64,000 nucleotides of DNA from an uncultured Pseudomonadota bacterium (GTDB lineage Bacteria > Pseudomonadota > Alphaproteobacteria > RF32 > CAG-239), in assembly GCA_902494875.1 (NCBI GenBank), contig CABUUO010000004.1:37878-101877 (forward strand), given 5' to 3'. Below, one piece after another: positions 36,924 to 45,714 of this stretch. The notes below the pieces were generated by a model. That model was given only the letters and a program-made list of their open reading frames with translations. It was not told the origin of the DNA and ran no database searches. The position numbers and the translations under genes were made by a program. The stretch's first letter is position 1. Every line of letters begins with the position of its first letter.

Positions 36924-37496
36924 TTAGATTTCTTGTCCGGCTTTTGACCAGGAAACAAAAGCGGTGCCCAATGTCTGTTGATAATGGCGGCGGCGCGCTT
37001 CTCTGATTTTTTCGGCTTTGGCTTCGTTTGCGCGAGCTTTTTCCAATTCGTCGGCATTCATAGTCAGTTCTTTGGGCAAAGGTTTCAACCGGCGGCGGAT
37101 ATCCTGTCTGGGATTGTCGTCGCAATACAGAATGATTGCGTCGTCCTGAAGCTCTTTGAAGTTCATGTCATCATAAAAGTCGTAACGGATTTGTTCGCTG
37201 CGGTGAAACTTTCCGTCTTTGTCGGCGCGAATAACGTGCATCTCCAGATTATAGCCGCGGCTCCTTGGCATCGGATCCGGTTCGTTAATCAGGCAGACAA
37301 ACACGCCGGTTTTTTGATTCGGAGAAATATGGAAGGAAAATTTGCTTTGCTCGTCAAAATAAATTCTCCCTTTAATACATTTGTATAATTCTTTGTAAAA
37401 AGGATTTTTGTCGTTAAAGGCTTCCAGTCCGAGGATGTCTTTTTTAGCAAATAATTCGGCAAATTCTTTGGTTCTTTCGTTATCTAAATATTGCAT
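36924..37496 (-). CDS. hypothetical protein (190 aa) with a basic helical C-terminus
   Basis: Clean ORF between a terminator and an AT-rich upstream region. No motif recognised. Confidence 0.5.
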   Translation of the reverse strand: MQYLDNERTKEFAELFAKKDILGLEAFNDKNPFYKELYKCIKGRIYFDEQSKFSFHISPNQKTGVFVCLINEPDPMPRSRGYNLEMHVIRADKDGKFHRSEQIRYDFYDDMNFKELQDDAIILYCDDNPRQDIRRRLKPLPKELTMNADELEKARANEAKAEKIREARRRHYQQTLGTAFVSWSKAGQEI

Positions 37497-37822
37497 TTAT
37501 CAAACTCCCAAGTTTTTTTCTGAACAAATCATATCATTTTATGGGGATTCTGTCAACATTGGGTCTATTTGGACGAAAAAGACCGGACCAGTGCTGGAAA
37601 ATGAGAGCTGCATTGAGGAAGAGGGGAGATAGAAGATACAATAAAAAATATAATTGTTTAAAAAGTTTTGCCCTAAAAAATTATCTATTTCAGCTTTTAG
37701 GTCGTGTATATGAAGTATAAACAATTTAAAGTGGCCGATTGTTTCTGAATTTGAAATCGAATCCATAAAATGCTGAAATTTTATCTGAAGAAACAACGGA
37801 TAATGTCTGACGGAGAGAAATT

Positions 37823-37856
37823 AAAAAGCCCCTTATTTGCATATAAGGGGCTTTTG
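37823..37856 (-). terminator. rho-independent terminator (minus strand)
   Basis: AGCCCCTTA-loop-TAAGGGGCT. The plus-strand A5 run gives a U-run on the minus strand. It lies directly after the stop of the flavin reductase gene. Confidence 0.8.
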
Positions 37857-38804
37857 TCAGTCTTTGGTATGTTTTAATTTTCCGTAATGTTTTTTGCGCG
37901 GTTTACTGAGAGGTGTATCAGGATCGGGAAAGGGTCTCGCTTTTTTAAATTTGAGTTCGCCTGAAAATTTTTTTAGCTTTTGCGATGGAATGCTTTCAAT
38001 CATATCAAGCATACTGCGACGATTTCGCCGCTCGTCGCTGAAACGTTTGGGAGAACGGTCGTCAAAAATTCTTTTCCCTTTTGCCTTTTTGTCCTGAGAA
38101 GCGGAAACGTTCGGTTGTTTTGTATTTTTATTTGGCGTTTTGCCCGTCTTTATAAAATTCCGGTCTCGGTTGGCAAAAGGAGACTTAGCCTGTGCGGGGG
38201 ATGAAGTGTCTTTGACTTCAAAAAACTTTTCTTTGCTTTTTTTAGGTTTCTTTTCTACCGAAAAGCCAAATTTTCCGAGTTGTCTGCCTAGTGTATAATA
38301 ATAGCCGTGAACATAGGCGACCAGCCCGGCTTTTTCCAGCCAGAGTTTTCCGCTTTCGTCGATATATCTGTCATCAACGTTGACGGCAACGACTTCAGCC
38401 AGAAACATATCATGTGTTCCGTAGCGTGTCACCGACTTTACCTTGCATTCAATGGATACGGGAGCTTCTTCGATCTGCGGCGCCTTAATTTGCGAACAGG
38501 GGGATGCAGTCAGTCCCATTTCTTTGAACTTGTCAAAATCTCGGCCTGATTTCACGCCGCACCAGTCAGCCGCTTTGGCCAACGGAAGATTGGTCAGGTT
38601 AATGACAAATTCGCCGCTTTTACTGATAATTTCATGCGAATATCTGGACGGACGGATTGAAACATAGGTCATTGTCGGGTCTGAAGCGATAATTCCGGTC
38701 CAGGCCGCAGTCATAACATTGGGATTGTCCGGTGTGCCGCAGGAAATAAGGGCAGGAGGAACCGGAGCCAGCATCGTTCCGGGTTTCCATGAAATTTTTG
38801 TCAT
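37857..38804 (-). CDS. flavin reductase-like (FMN-binding split barrel) domain protein with a ~130-aa Lys/Arg-rich C-terminal tail
   Basis: N-terminal ~185 aa (NVMTAAWTGIIASDPTMTYVSIRPSRYSHEII..FVINL) fits the flavin reductase family. The remainder is basic low-complexity sequence. Confidence 0.7.
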   Translation of the reverse strand: MTKISWKPGTMLAPVPPALISCGTPDNPNVMTAAWTGIIASDPTMTYVSIRPSRYSHEIISKSGEFVINLTNLPLAKAADWCGVKSGRDFDKFKEMGLTASPCSQIKAPQIEEAPVSIECKVKSVTRYGTHDMFLAEVVAVNVDDRYIDESGKLWLEKAGLVAYVHGYYYTLGRQLGKFGFSVEKKPKKSKEKFFEVKDTSSPAQAKSPFANRDRNFIKTGKTPNKNTKQPNVSASQDKKAKGKRIFDDRSPKRFSDERRNRRSMLDMIESIPSQKLKKFSGELKFKKARPFPDPDTPLSKPRKKHYGKLKHTKD

Positions 38805-38994
38805 AGTGTAAATGCCTTTTGTAACAAGAAATGAATAAATTAAGCTGTACGTTACTTCAAAAATAATTAATCTGCAAACCTTTTCTCAACAGTTAATTAG
38901 TTTTAAATCTGTCTAAACGTAAGATAAAACATAAAAATATCTTGCAATTATAAGTTACATAGCATAGCTTTAGTTAAAGCGGTTCGGAGGTGCC

Positions 38995-39876
38995 ATGAAC
39001 AAAAAAGATGTAATGAATATTGAAAGCCTGTTCATATTGTCGGCAATTGCCCGCAACTCGGGAAAACGTCAGGCTTCAAAAGAATATAATACTTCGGTTG
39101 ACACAATTAATAAGTATATTGACAATTTGGAAAATGAACTGGGCTTCAAACTGCTGGCCAGCAACGGCCGAGGTTCCATGCTGACGCCCCGGGCAGAGGG
39201 ATTGGTTAAAAAAGTGGACCAGATCAGCGAGATATTAAAAAGCATCTATGCCAGTTCTGTTGATCGTAATGATGTTGCCGGCGAAGTTCGCGTCGGCACT
39301 TCTTTTATGATCAGCAGCAATTTATCTTTGCGCAACATCAGCGACTTTGCTGACAAATATCCTAACATTGTTCTGTCATTCATAACGTCAGGGCCCGGAG
39401 AATCAAACGAAAGCATTATCTCAAATTTTGACATTGCCCTGACCGCGATCGAGCCGACCAATTCAGAACTGGTCATTATTGATTCCAAGAAAATTAATTG
39501 CGGTTTTTTTGCCTCTCCGGCTTATCTTTCCCATTATGGTTATCCGGTTGATTTGGAAGATATGCTCCAGAATTATCGTATTTTGCATAAAGAAGGTTTG
39601 GAAAAGCATATATCAGTATGGGCTGATGTGATAAAACGCGCTAAAAAAGTTTGCTATACTTCGAATTCTCCGTTCCTGCTGATTGACGCGTTGCGTCAGG
39701 GGCTGGGTATTTCTGTTTTGCCGTTGCGTTTTAAGGAAGAAGGACTGGTTTGTCTGGACAATATCAAATGTGAGTCGGGCATTACCGTTTATCTGGTCGC
39801 ACACAAAAACACCAAAGATATTCCCAAAATCAGAGCTGTTTTGAATTACTATAAGGATATATTGTTCGAGATGTAA
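38995..39876 (+). CDS. LysR-family transcriptional regulator
   Basis: N-terminal wHTH (FILSAIARNSGKRQASKEYNTSVDTINKYIDNLENELGFKLL) plus a substrate-binding domain. Divergent from the flavin reductase gene. Confidence 0.8.
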   Translation: MNKKDVMNIESLFILSAIARNSGKRQASKEYNTSVDTINKYIDNLENELGFKLLASNGRGSMLTPRAEGLVKKVDQISEILKSIYASSVDRNDVAGEVRVGTSFMISSNLSLRNISDFADKYPNIVLSFITSGPGESNESIISNFDIALTAIEPTNSELVIIDSKKINCGFFASPAYLSHYGYPVDLEDMLQNYRILHKEGLEKHISVWADVIKRAKKVCYTSNSPFLLIDALRQGLGISVLPLRFKEEGLVCLDNIKCESGITVYLVAHKNTKDIPKIRAVLNYYKDILFEM

Positions 39877-39958
39877 TTGTCAGCCGTCGGTTTAACGAAA
39901 TGTAAATAAAAAAAATGTTACTTTAGGCCGTTATAAAATTTGTTTTAAGGTAACCTTT

Positions 39959-41890
39959 ATGCACTCAATTCATACCCTTATTGTTGATCTGACGCTTATT
40001 ACGATATATGCCGGACTTACAACGCTTTTGTTTAAGAAACTCAAACAGCCGATTGTTTTGGGGTATGTTTTGGCCGGTATTTTTGCCGGACCGTTTTTCA
40101 ACTTTGTTCCGACGGTCAGCGATAAGGAAAATCTGACTCTCTGGGCTGATATCGGCGTCATTTTTTTGCTGTTTGGTCTGGGGTTGGAATTCAGCTTCAA
40201 AAAAATGATTAATGTCGGCAAAGCGGCGATGATAACAGCCAACGCCAATATTTTGTTTATGCTTTTTCTTGGCTACTGTACCGGTCTGCTGCTGGGCTGG
40301 TCAACTATGGACAGCTTCTTTCTGGGCAGTATGATTTCTATGTCATCCACAACCATCATTATCAAAGCTTTTGATGATTTAAACGTAAAAAAACAAAAAT
40401 TTACAGACTTGGTTTTCGGTGTTCTGGTCGTAGAAGATATTGTCGGCATCCTGCTGTTGGTTTTGCTGCCGACCATTGCTTTGGGGAACAGCATTGACGG
40501 AACTGAGCTTGCCGTCAGCACTTTAAAGCTGATTTTCTTTTTGATTTTGTGCTTCGTCATAGGTATATATCTGGTGCCGACGTTTCTTGATAAAATCACG
40601 CGTTTCCTCAATGACGAAATGTTGCTGCTAATCACGATCAGCCTGTGTTTTGGTATGGTTTTGCTGGCTACCTATTCCGGTTTTTCTTCGGCTTTAGGCG
40701 CGTTCCTCATGGGTTCCATTCTGGCTGAAACGCAGTTGATTCACCGTATTGAAAAAAATATGCAGCCGTTGAAAGATTTCTTTGGCGCAGTCTTTTTTGT
40801 TTCAGTGGGCATGATGGTCAATCCGGCCATGTTTATAGAATATGCGGTACCCATTCTGGCCATTACCTTTATTGTTATCGTCGGTAAGGTGATTTTTTCC
40901 TGTCTGGGTTTTGTTATCTCCGGGCAACCGCTTAAAACCTCAATTCTCTGCGGTTTTTCTTTGGCTCAGGTTGGTGAATTTGCCTTTATTATCGCTTCGC
41001 TTGGAATGAGTATTAAGGTTTTGGACGCTAAGGTATATCCGATTATCGTTGCCGTTTCGGTTATCACGACTTTTTTAACGCCGATGATGATAAAGTCAGC
41101 GGAACCTTTTTATAAATTTCTGCTGAGGTTTTTGCCGGAGAAATGGGCGGAATTTCTCAATCGCAACAGTACGCCGGCGGTCGTAACCCCGTCGGAAGAG
41201 CGCTTATGGAGCGAATTGTTTAAAAATTATTTGCTGCGTTTGGCGCTTTTTTCCATGATTTTATATACGATTATCATATTGTCGGGCAGTTTTATCCGTC
41301 CCGCCGTTCAGACACTGCTCCCGAATTTGGGTGGCAGAATTGTCACCACGGCGTTAACGCTGATTATGATGGCGCCGTTTTTGAAAGCGCTCATCGGCTG
41401 GGAGGCCATCCTGCCGGGCTTCCTGACCCGAGCAGTTAAAAGTTTTTTTTATTTGCTTCGCCGCCGCAAAGCTGAAAAAAGAGCGGAAACGGGAGGTGTA
41501 GTCAGAAAACTGGAAGAACATTTTGATTTTTGCAGCGGTTGGAGCGAAAGCGCAGAAAACGTCAGAAACTTTTTTATTTCCAACAGTATTCTGGCTAAAA
41601 TATATTACAAATTGTGGATGGCTAAGAAAAGCAATCGCCTGCCTCTGATTTTGATGACAAGTTTCCGTCTTTTGGTTATTTCGTTTTTCATTGTTACGGT
41701 AGTCCATCAGTTCCTGACCGAAAATTATAAGGTAACGTTGTTGCTCTTGGCCGGAACTGTTTTGCTTCTGGCTCAGTCGCGCTGGCTGTTAAATCAATAT
41801 ATGAAAATGGAAGCGCAGTTTTTGGCTAATCTTCGCGGCCGCAAAATGGAAGAAAAAGAAGAAGAGAAAAATAAGACCCCGGCAGAATAG
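39959..41890 (+). CDS. cation:proton antiporter (CPA2/Kef-like) with an extra C-terminal membrane module
   Basis: N-terminal ~400 aa fits a Na+/H+ exchanger-type membrane domain (PIVLGYVLAGIFAGP). The C-terminal ~240 aa adds TM helices. No RCK/KTN motif seen. Confidence 0.75.
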   Translation: MHSIHTLIVDLTLITIYAGLTTLLFKKLKQPIVLGYVLAGIFAGPFFNFVPTVSDKENLTLWADIGVIFLLFGLGLEFSFKKMINVGKAAMITANANILFMLFLGYCTGLLLGWSTMDSFFLGSMISMSSTTIIIKAFDDLNVKKQKFTDLVFGVLVVEDIVGILLLVLLPTIALGNSIDGTELAVSTLKLIFFLILCFVIGIYLVPTFLDKITRFLNDEMLLLITISLCFGMVLLATYSGFSSALGAFLMGSILAETQLIHRIEKNMQPLKDFFGAVFFVSVGMMVNPAMFIEYAVPILAITFIVIVGKVIFSCLGFVISGQPLKTSILCGFSLAQVGEFAFIIASLGMSIKVLDAKVYPIIVAVSVITTFLTPMMIKSAEPFYKFLLRFLPEKWAEFLNRNSTPAVVTPSEERLWSELFKNYLLRLALFSMILYTIIILSGSFIRPAVQTLLPNLGGRIVTTALTLIMMAPFLKALIGWEAILPGFLTRAVKSFFYLLRRRKAEKRAETGGVVRKLEEHFDFCSGWSESAENVRNFFISNSILAKIYYKLWMAKKSNRLPLILMTSFRLLVISFFIVTVVHQFLTENYKVTLLLLAGTVLLLAQSRWLLNQYMKMEAQFLANLRGRKMEEKEEEKNKTPAE

Positions 41891-41894
41891 TAAA

Positions 41895-42371
41895 ATGGCG
41901 GATATTTGTATTCTTCACGGATTTTTAGGAGCGGGAAAATCGACTTTTGCCCGGAGACTGGCCCGGCAAAACCGCGCTGTTGTGCTGAATCCGGACCAAT
42001 GGTGTATGCGTCTGTTTCCGGCGGAGACTTATGAAAAAAACTGGGATGTCTGCTTTGCCGAAACCGTTGGCATTTTGTGGCGGCATGCGGCAAAACATAT
42101 TGCTGCCGGTCGCAGCGTTGTTTTTGATATGGGGTTTTGGAGCAAGGCTTCGCGAACGGAAGCGCGTCGGAAAGCCGAAGAAATGGGCGCCGGTTTCAGG
42201 CATTATTACGTTTATGCGCCGGATGAAGTGTTAAGGCAGAGGCTTCGCGGCAGAGAAGGAACGATTGCCGCCCGTAATCTGGAAAATTTTGATGAATTGA
42301 AAGCGCTTTTTGAAGCTCCCGACACGGATGAACGGTTTATTCTGATCAACGGTTGCCAAATGAAGCGCTGA
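41895..42371 (+). CDS. P-loop NTPase / small-molecule-kinase-like protein (AAA_33-like)
   Basis: Walker A motif GFLGAGKST near the N-terminus, 158 aa. Confidence 0.6.
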   Translation: MADICILHGFLGAGKSTFARRLARQNRAVVLNPDQWCMRLFPAETYEKNWDVCFAETVGILWRHAAKHIAAGRSVVFDMGFWSKASRTEARRKAEEMGAGFRHYYVYAPDEVLRQRLRGREGTIAARNLENFDELKALFEAPDTDERFILINGCQMKR

Positions 42372-42475
42372 TGAAAAATATTTTTGAGTTCGGCTATAAT
42401 CACAGTATTCTCTCGGTCAGTAATTCTCTGCTGAAATATTACAATGTGCCGATTCAATCTGTCCATTCATACCAT

Positions 42476-42506
42476 AAAAAAGCCCGCCGCAAGGGCAGGT
42501 CTTTTT
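42476..42506 (-). terminator. probable terminator downstream of tRNA-Leu
   Basis: GC-rich imperfect hairpin (GCCC...GGGC) flanked by A6 and T5 runs. Confidence 0.5.
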
Positions 42507-42508
42507 AA

Positions 42509-42595
42509 TGGTGCGCTAGGCCGGAATCGAACCGGCACGGCCTTGCGGCCAACAGATTTTAAGTCTGCAGCGTCTACCAGTTCCGCCACAAGCGC
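42509..42595 (-). tRNA. tRNA-Leu (anticodon UAA), 87 nt, CCA encoded
   Basis: Folded by hand: acceptor stem GCGCTTG/CTAGCGC (one mismatch), D-arm GCGG..CGC, anticodon loop CTTAAAA, long variable arm, T-arm GCCGG-TTCGATT-CCGGC. Confidence 0.9.
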
Positions 42596-42702
42596 AAAAT
42601 TACTTTTCAAGTTTATAATCTAAAAAAATATAATTACAAGAATAAATTTTGTCTTTTATAAAAAATTATGTTACATTAAAACCAAATATTGGAGGTGTGA
42701 TA

Positions 42703-43302
42703 ATGATTTCTGATCAGGAGGCTTTTGGCATCTGTATCCGCGGTTCTGCGGATGATTTGGCTAAACTTTTGGCTTCGGGCTATTCCGCATCGTCACCTTC
42801 GGAAAGCTTTTGCGGCAATACCCTGATCCATTTGGCGGCATATAACCGCGATTTAGCCAAACTTAAGCTTTTGGTTGAATCTGTTCCTCTTGAAAACCGA
42901 ACGATGGCATTAAATCGTTGTAACCGTTATAATTTAACGCCTCTTTTTGAAGCCTGCCTGGTTCCGCCGTCTCCGGGAGCTTTTTGCGAACAGCATCCCG
43001 AAGCAGATGCTGAGGCTTATGCCCGTCGTTTTGAAAATATTATGAAAAAAAGCGTGGATGTTGCGGATTATCTGCTCCAAAATAATGCCAACCCCAATAC
43101 GCCGCGGGCCAAAATCGGCGGAGATGTGCCGGCCAAAGGAAAAATAACGGCTTTGACGCTGACGGAATATATCAATTGGCAGCTCTCTTTTCGCAATCAT
43201 AAAAACCTGGCTTTTGAACCGCTTTCTCAGTTAAAGGCGCTGATCGAAAATCAGATTGCCCTCAACCTAAAACGCCTGGTTGAACGTGGAAAAAAGATTT
43301 AA
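42703..43302 (+). CDS. ankyrin-repeat protein
   Basis: Repeat signatures (GNTLIHLAAYNRDLAKLKLLVE; NLTPLFEACL; ADYLLQNNANPNTP). GGAGGTG Shine-Dalgarno precedes ATG 42703. Confidence 0.65.
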   Translation: MISDQEAFGICIRGSADDLAKLLASGYSASSPSESFCGNTLIHLAAYNRDLAKLKLLVESVPLENRTMALNRCNRYNLTPLFEACLVPPSPGAFCEQHPEADAEAYARRFENIMKKSVDVADYLLQNNANPNTPRAKIGGDVPAKGKITALTLTEYINWQLSFRNHKNLAFEPLSQLKALIENQIALNLKRLVERGKKI

Positions 43303-43413
43303 GGCTTGAGTCTTTCGGTAAAATATGCTTGAGTATCTGTGTTAACAAATTAATTTTGTTCAATTTTCAAATGCTTTCTGCGGCAGGAGACAGCGTCCCG
43401 GCAGAAAGCGTTT

Positions 43414-44142
43414 ATGATTAAAAGGATTAAATATATGAAAACAATAGATATTTCATGGCGCCGTTACGTCCTGCCGGAGATTAATAACGAAGGCTGGCGC
43501 TTTGTCGGGATTTTTGCTGCAGTAACAGCGTTGCTGGCAATGATCTGGCAGCCGCTGGGATGGATCGGCCTGGTACTGACCGTATGGTGCTTTTACTTCT
43601 TCAGAGATCCCGAGCGCGTAACGCCGGAAATTGAGGACGTCGTGGTTTCTCCCGCCGACGGTATCGTTCAGATGATAACCAAAGTCAAGGCTCCGGAAGA
43701 ACTGGGGCTTGGTGATGCCAAATTTACCCGTGTCAGCGTTTTTATGAGCGTGTTTAATGTTCATGTTAACCGTGCGCCGGCGCAGGGTAAAATCATTAAA
43801 TCCGTTTATGTTCCGGGAAAGTTTTTTAACGCCACGCTGGATAAGGCCAGCAAAGACAACGAACGTCAGCTCCTGGCCATGAAAACCAAAAATGGCAAAA
43901 CCATTTGTTTTGTTCAGATTGCCGGTTTAATCGCCCGCCGCATTTTGTGTGAGGCAACCGAAGGAATGGAATATAAGGCCGGAGAACGTTTCGGTCTAAT
44001 CCGTTTCGGTTCCAGACTGGACGTTTATCTTCCCGAAGGCGTCGAACCTCAGGTCTGCTTGGGCCAGACGATGATTGCCGGCGAGAGTGTTATTGCCAAT
44101 CTCGGCAGTGCGGCTGAAGCTGTAAAGGGAGTAATCAGATAA
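43414..44142 (+). CDS. psd: phosphatidylserine decarboxylase (short form)
   Basis: [13 protein letters not shown] contains the G-S self-cleavage site. N-terminal TM segments. ATG 43435 is an alternative start. Confidence 0.9.
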   Translation: MIKRIKYMKTIDISWRRYVLPEINNEGWRFVGIFAAVTALLAMIWQPLGWIGLVLTVWCFYFFRDPERVTPEIEDVVVSPADGIVQMITKVKAPEELGLGDAKFTRVSVFMSVFNVHVNRAPAQGKIIKSVYVPGKFFNATLDKASKDNERQLLAMKTKNGKTICFVQIAGLIARRILCEATEGMEYKAGERFGLIRFGSRLDVYLPEGVEPQVCLGQTMIAGESVIANLGSAAEAVKGVIR

Positions 44143-44927
44143 TGGAAAAGATTAATCCGATGTTAATGACGAAACATAAGCTGACCTCGCTGCCGTTTCG
44201 CAAAATTGCTCCGAATATTGTCACCATGCTGGCCTTGTGCGCCGGTGTAACCTCCATCCGCTATTCCATTCAGGAAGATTGGGTTAAGGCTGTATTGTGC
44301 ATTTTTATTGCCGCCTTTTTTGATGGCTTGGACGGCCGTGTGGCCCGGATGCTTAAAGGGTCGACCAAGTTCGGGGCCGAGCTGGATTCCCTGTCTGATT
44401 TTGTCAGTTTTGGCGTAGCTCCGGCAATCCTGCTGTATCAGTGGTCTTTGTTTGATCTGCCCAAGTTCGGTTGGTTTTTCTGCCTGCTGATGTCTATCGG
44501 CATGGCTATGCGTTTGGCTCGTTTTAATACTATGCTGGAAGAAGAGCCGCAGCCGGAATATTGGTCTCATTTCTTTGTCGGCGTGCCGGCTCCGGCCGCT
44601 GCCGCATTGGTCATGATGCCGATTATGATTTCCTTTGAGCTTCCGGAACTGGCGTTTGTCCGTTCGCACGGTTTTTGCGCTACGGTGCTTTGCGTCGTTT
44701 CTTTTCTGATGGTCAGCCGGATTCCAACCTTTTCTACCAAGAAACTGAAGGTTCCGACCTATATGTTTATGCCGATGATGCTGTTTGTAGCTTTGTTTGC
44801 CAGCTTTATCATCACGCAGCCTTGGCTGACGCTTGGCATTTTGACCGTAATTTATGCTTGCTCCATTCCGATTGGAATCTTTATCTTCCTGCAGGAAAAA
44901 AAGGAGTTTGAAAACAAAAGCAGATAA
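44142..44927 (+). CDS. pssA: CDP-diacylglycerol--serine O-phosphatidyltransferase
   Basis: CDP-alcohol phosphatidyltransferase motif DGLDGRVARML...GAELDSLSD. TAATG overlap with psd. Confidence 0.9.
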   Translation: MEKINPMLMTKHKLTSLPFRKIAPNIVTMLALCAGVTSIRYSIQEDWVKAVLCIFIAAFFDGLDGRVARMLKGSTKFGAELDSLSDFVSFGVAPAILLYQWSLFDLPKFGWFFCLLMSIGMAMRLARFNTMLEEEPQPEYWSHFFVGVPAPAAAALVMMPIMISFELPELAFVRSHGFCATVLCVVSFLMVSRIPTFSTKKLKVPTYMFMPMMLFVALFASFIITQPWLTLGILTVIYACSIPIGIFIFLQEKKEFENKSR

Positions 44928-44930
44928 AAG

Positions 44931-44961
44931 AAAAAGGTTACCTTTACGGTAACCTTTTTTG
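44931..44961. terminator. bidirectional terminator
   Basis: A5-GGTTACC-tttac-GGTAACC-T6, between convergent genes. Confidence 0.85.
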
Positions 44962-44980
44962 TTGTCCTAATTACAAAAAA

Positions 44981-45601
44981 TTAACGGTCTCGCTGCAAAA
45001 ACAAAATGCCGCTGGCATCTTCTCCCAGTATATAATCATTGGCAATTTTGTCTCCGGTTTTGAAAATTGTCTGAATGTCAAAATCATTCTTAATCACAGA
45101 TGTTTCACCGCTGAAAATTCCAATGGCGGCATAGTTGTGAATGTTCTGCCTTGAAACCCAGAAATATTGCAGCGTTTTGCGCTTCAAAAACATATCGTAT
45201 TGATAACTGCTGAGCAAAGACACATTTTGAGTAATATGAAATTCCTGTTTTAAAATTTTCAAAGCCTGCTGTGCGTCGGAGATTTCCAACACTTCCAGAT
45301 AAGGCTGCTGCCGCCAAAACAAAATGGTCGTATATTCGTCCAGACGTTCGCCGTAATAAGGAAACCATTCGGTTCTGTCCCGGCGGTGCAGACGCAGCAG
45401 CGTTCCTTCGGGTGTCACTGCGGCAAATTCTTGTCCGTTAAGTTTTTCCGCCCAGACAATCGTCTCTTTGACGGTGAAATTCGCTGTAGTAAATTTCATT
45501 AACTGTGGTTCAAATTCTTTTTGGGCTGAAAGTTCTGCGAAATTTTCCCGCAGAAAATCTGCCGCTGACCGTGAATTTTTGATTTTCTTTTTCATACGCA
45601 C
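44981..45601 (-). CDS. hypothetical protein (206 aa)
   Basis: Clean ORF. No recognisable motif, TM segment or signal peptide. Confidence 0.45.
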   Translation of the reverse strand: MRMKKKIKNSRSAADFLRENFAELSAQKEFEPQLMKFTTANFTVKETIVWAEKLNGQEFAAVTPEGTLLRLHRRDRTEWFPYYGERLDEYTTILFWRQQPYLEVLEISDAQQALKILKQEFHITQNVSLLSSYQYDMFLKRKTLQYFWVSRQNIHNYAAIGIFSGETSVIKNDFDIQTIFKTGDKIANDYILGEDASGILFLQRDR

Positions 45602-45682
45602 AATAATTAAAATATTTAATACTCTGTTTAATAAAAAAAAGTTTTTATAAAATAGCGGCGGAGGATGTTCCTGTCAATACAT

Positions 45683-45712
45683 AAAGAAAGCTCCTTTAAG
45701 GAGCTTTCTTTA
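45683..45712 (-). terminator. rho-independent terminator after der
   Basis: AAAGAAAGCTCC...GGAGCTTTCTTT, a 12-bp perfect stem immediately downstream of the der stop. Confidence 0.75.
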
Positions 45713-45714
45713 AT

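Noticed and set aside
37539-37796. 85-aa minus-strand ORF in the intergenic region.
   Set aside because: The sequence is AT-rich with no SD and no motifs. It lies in a promoter and terminator region between two supported genes.
36924-42595. Genomic island integrated at tRNA-Leu (hypothetical gene, flavin reductase, LysR, antiporter, kinase).
   Set aside because: There is no integrase, recombinase or mobility gene. I could find no direct repeat of the tRNA 3' end; only a trivial gaaatcgaatcc resemblance at about 37771. GC content is heterogeneous rather than uniformly shifted.
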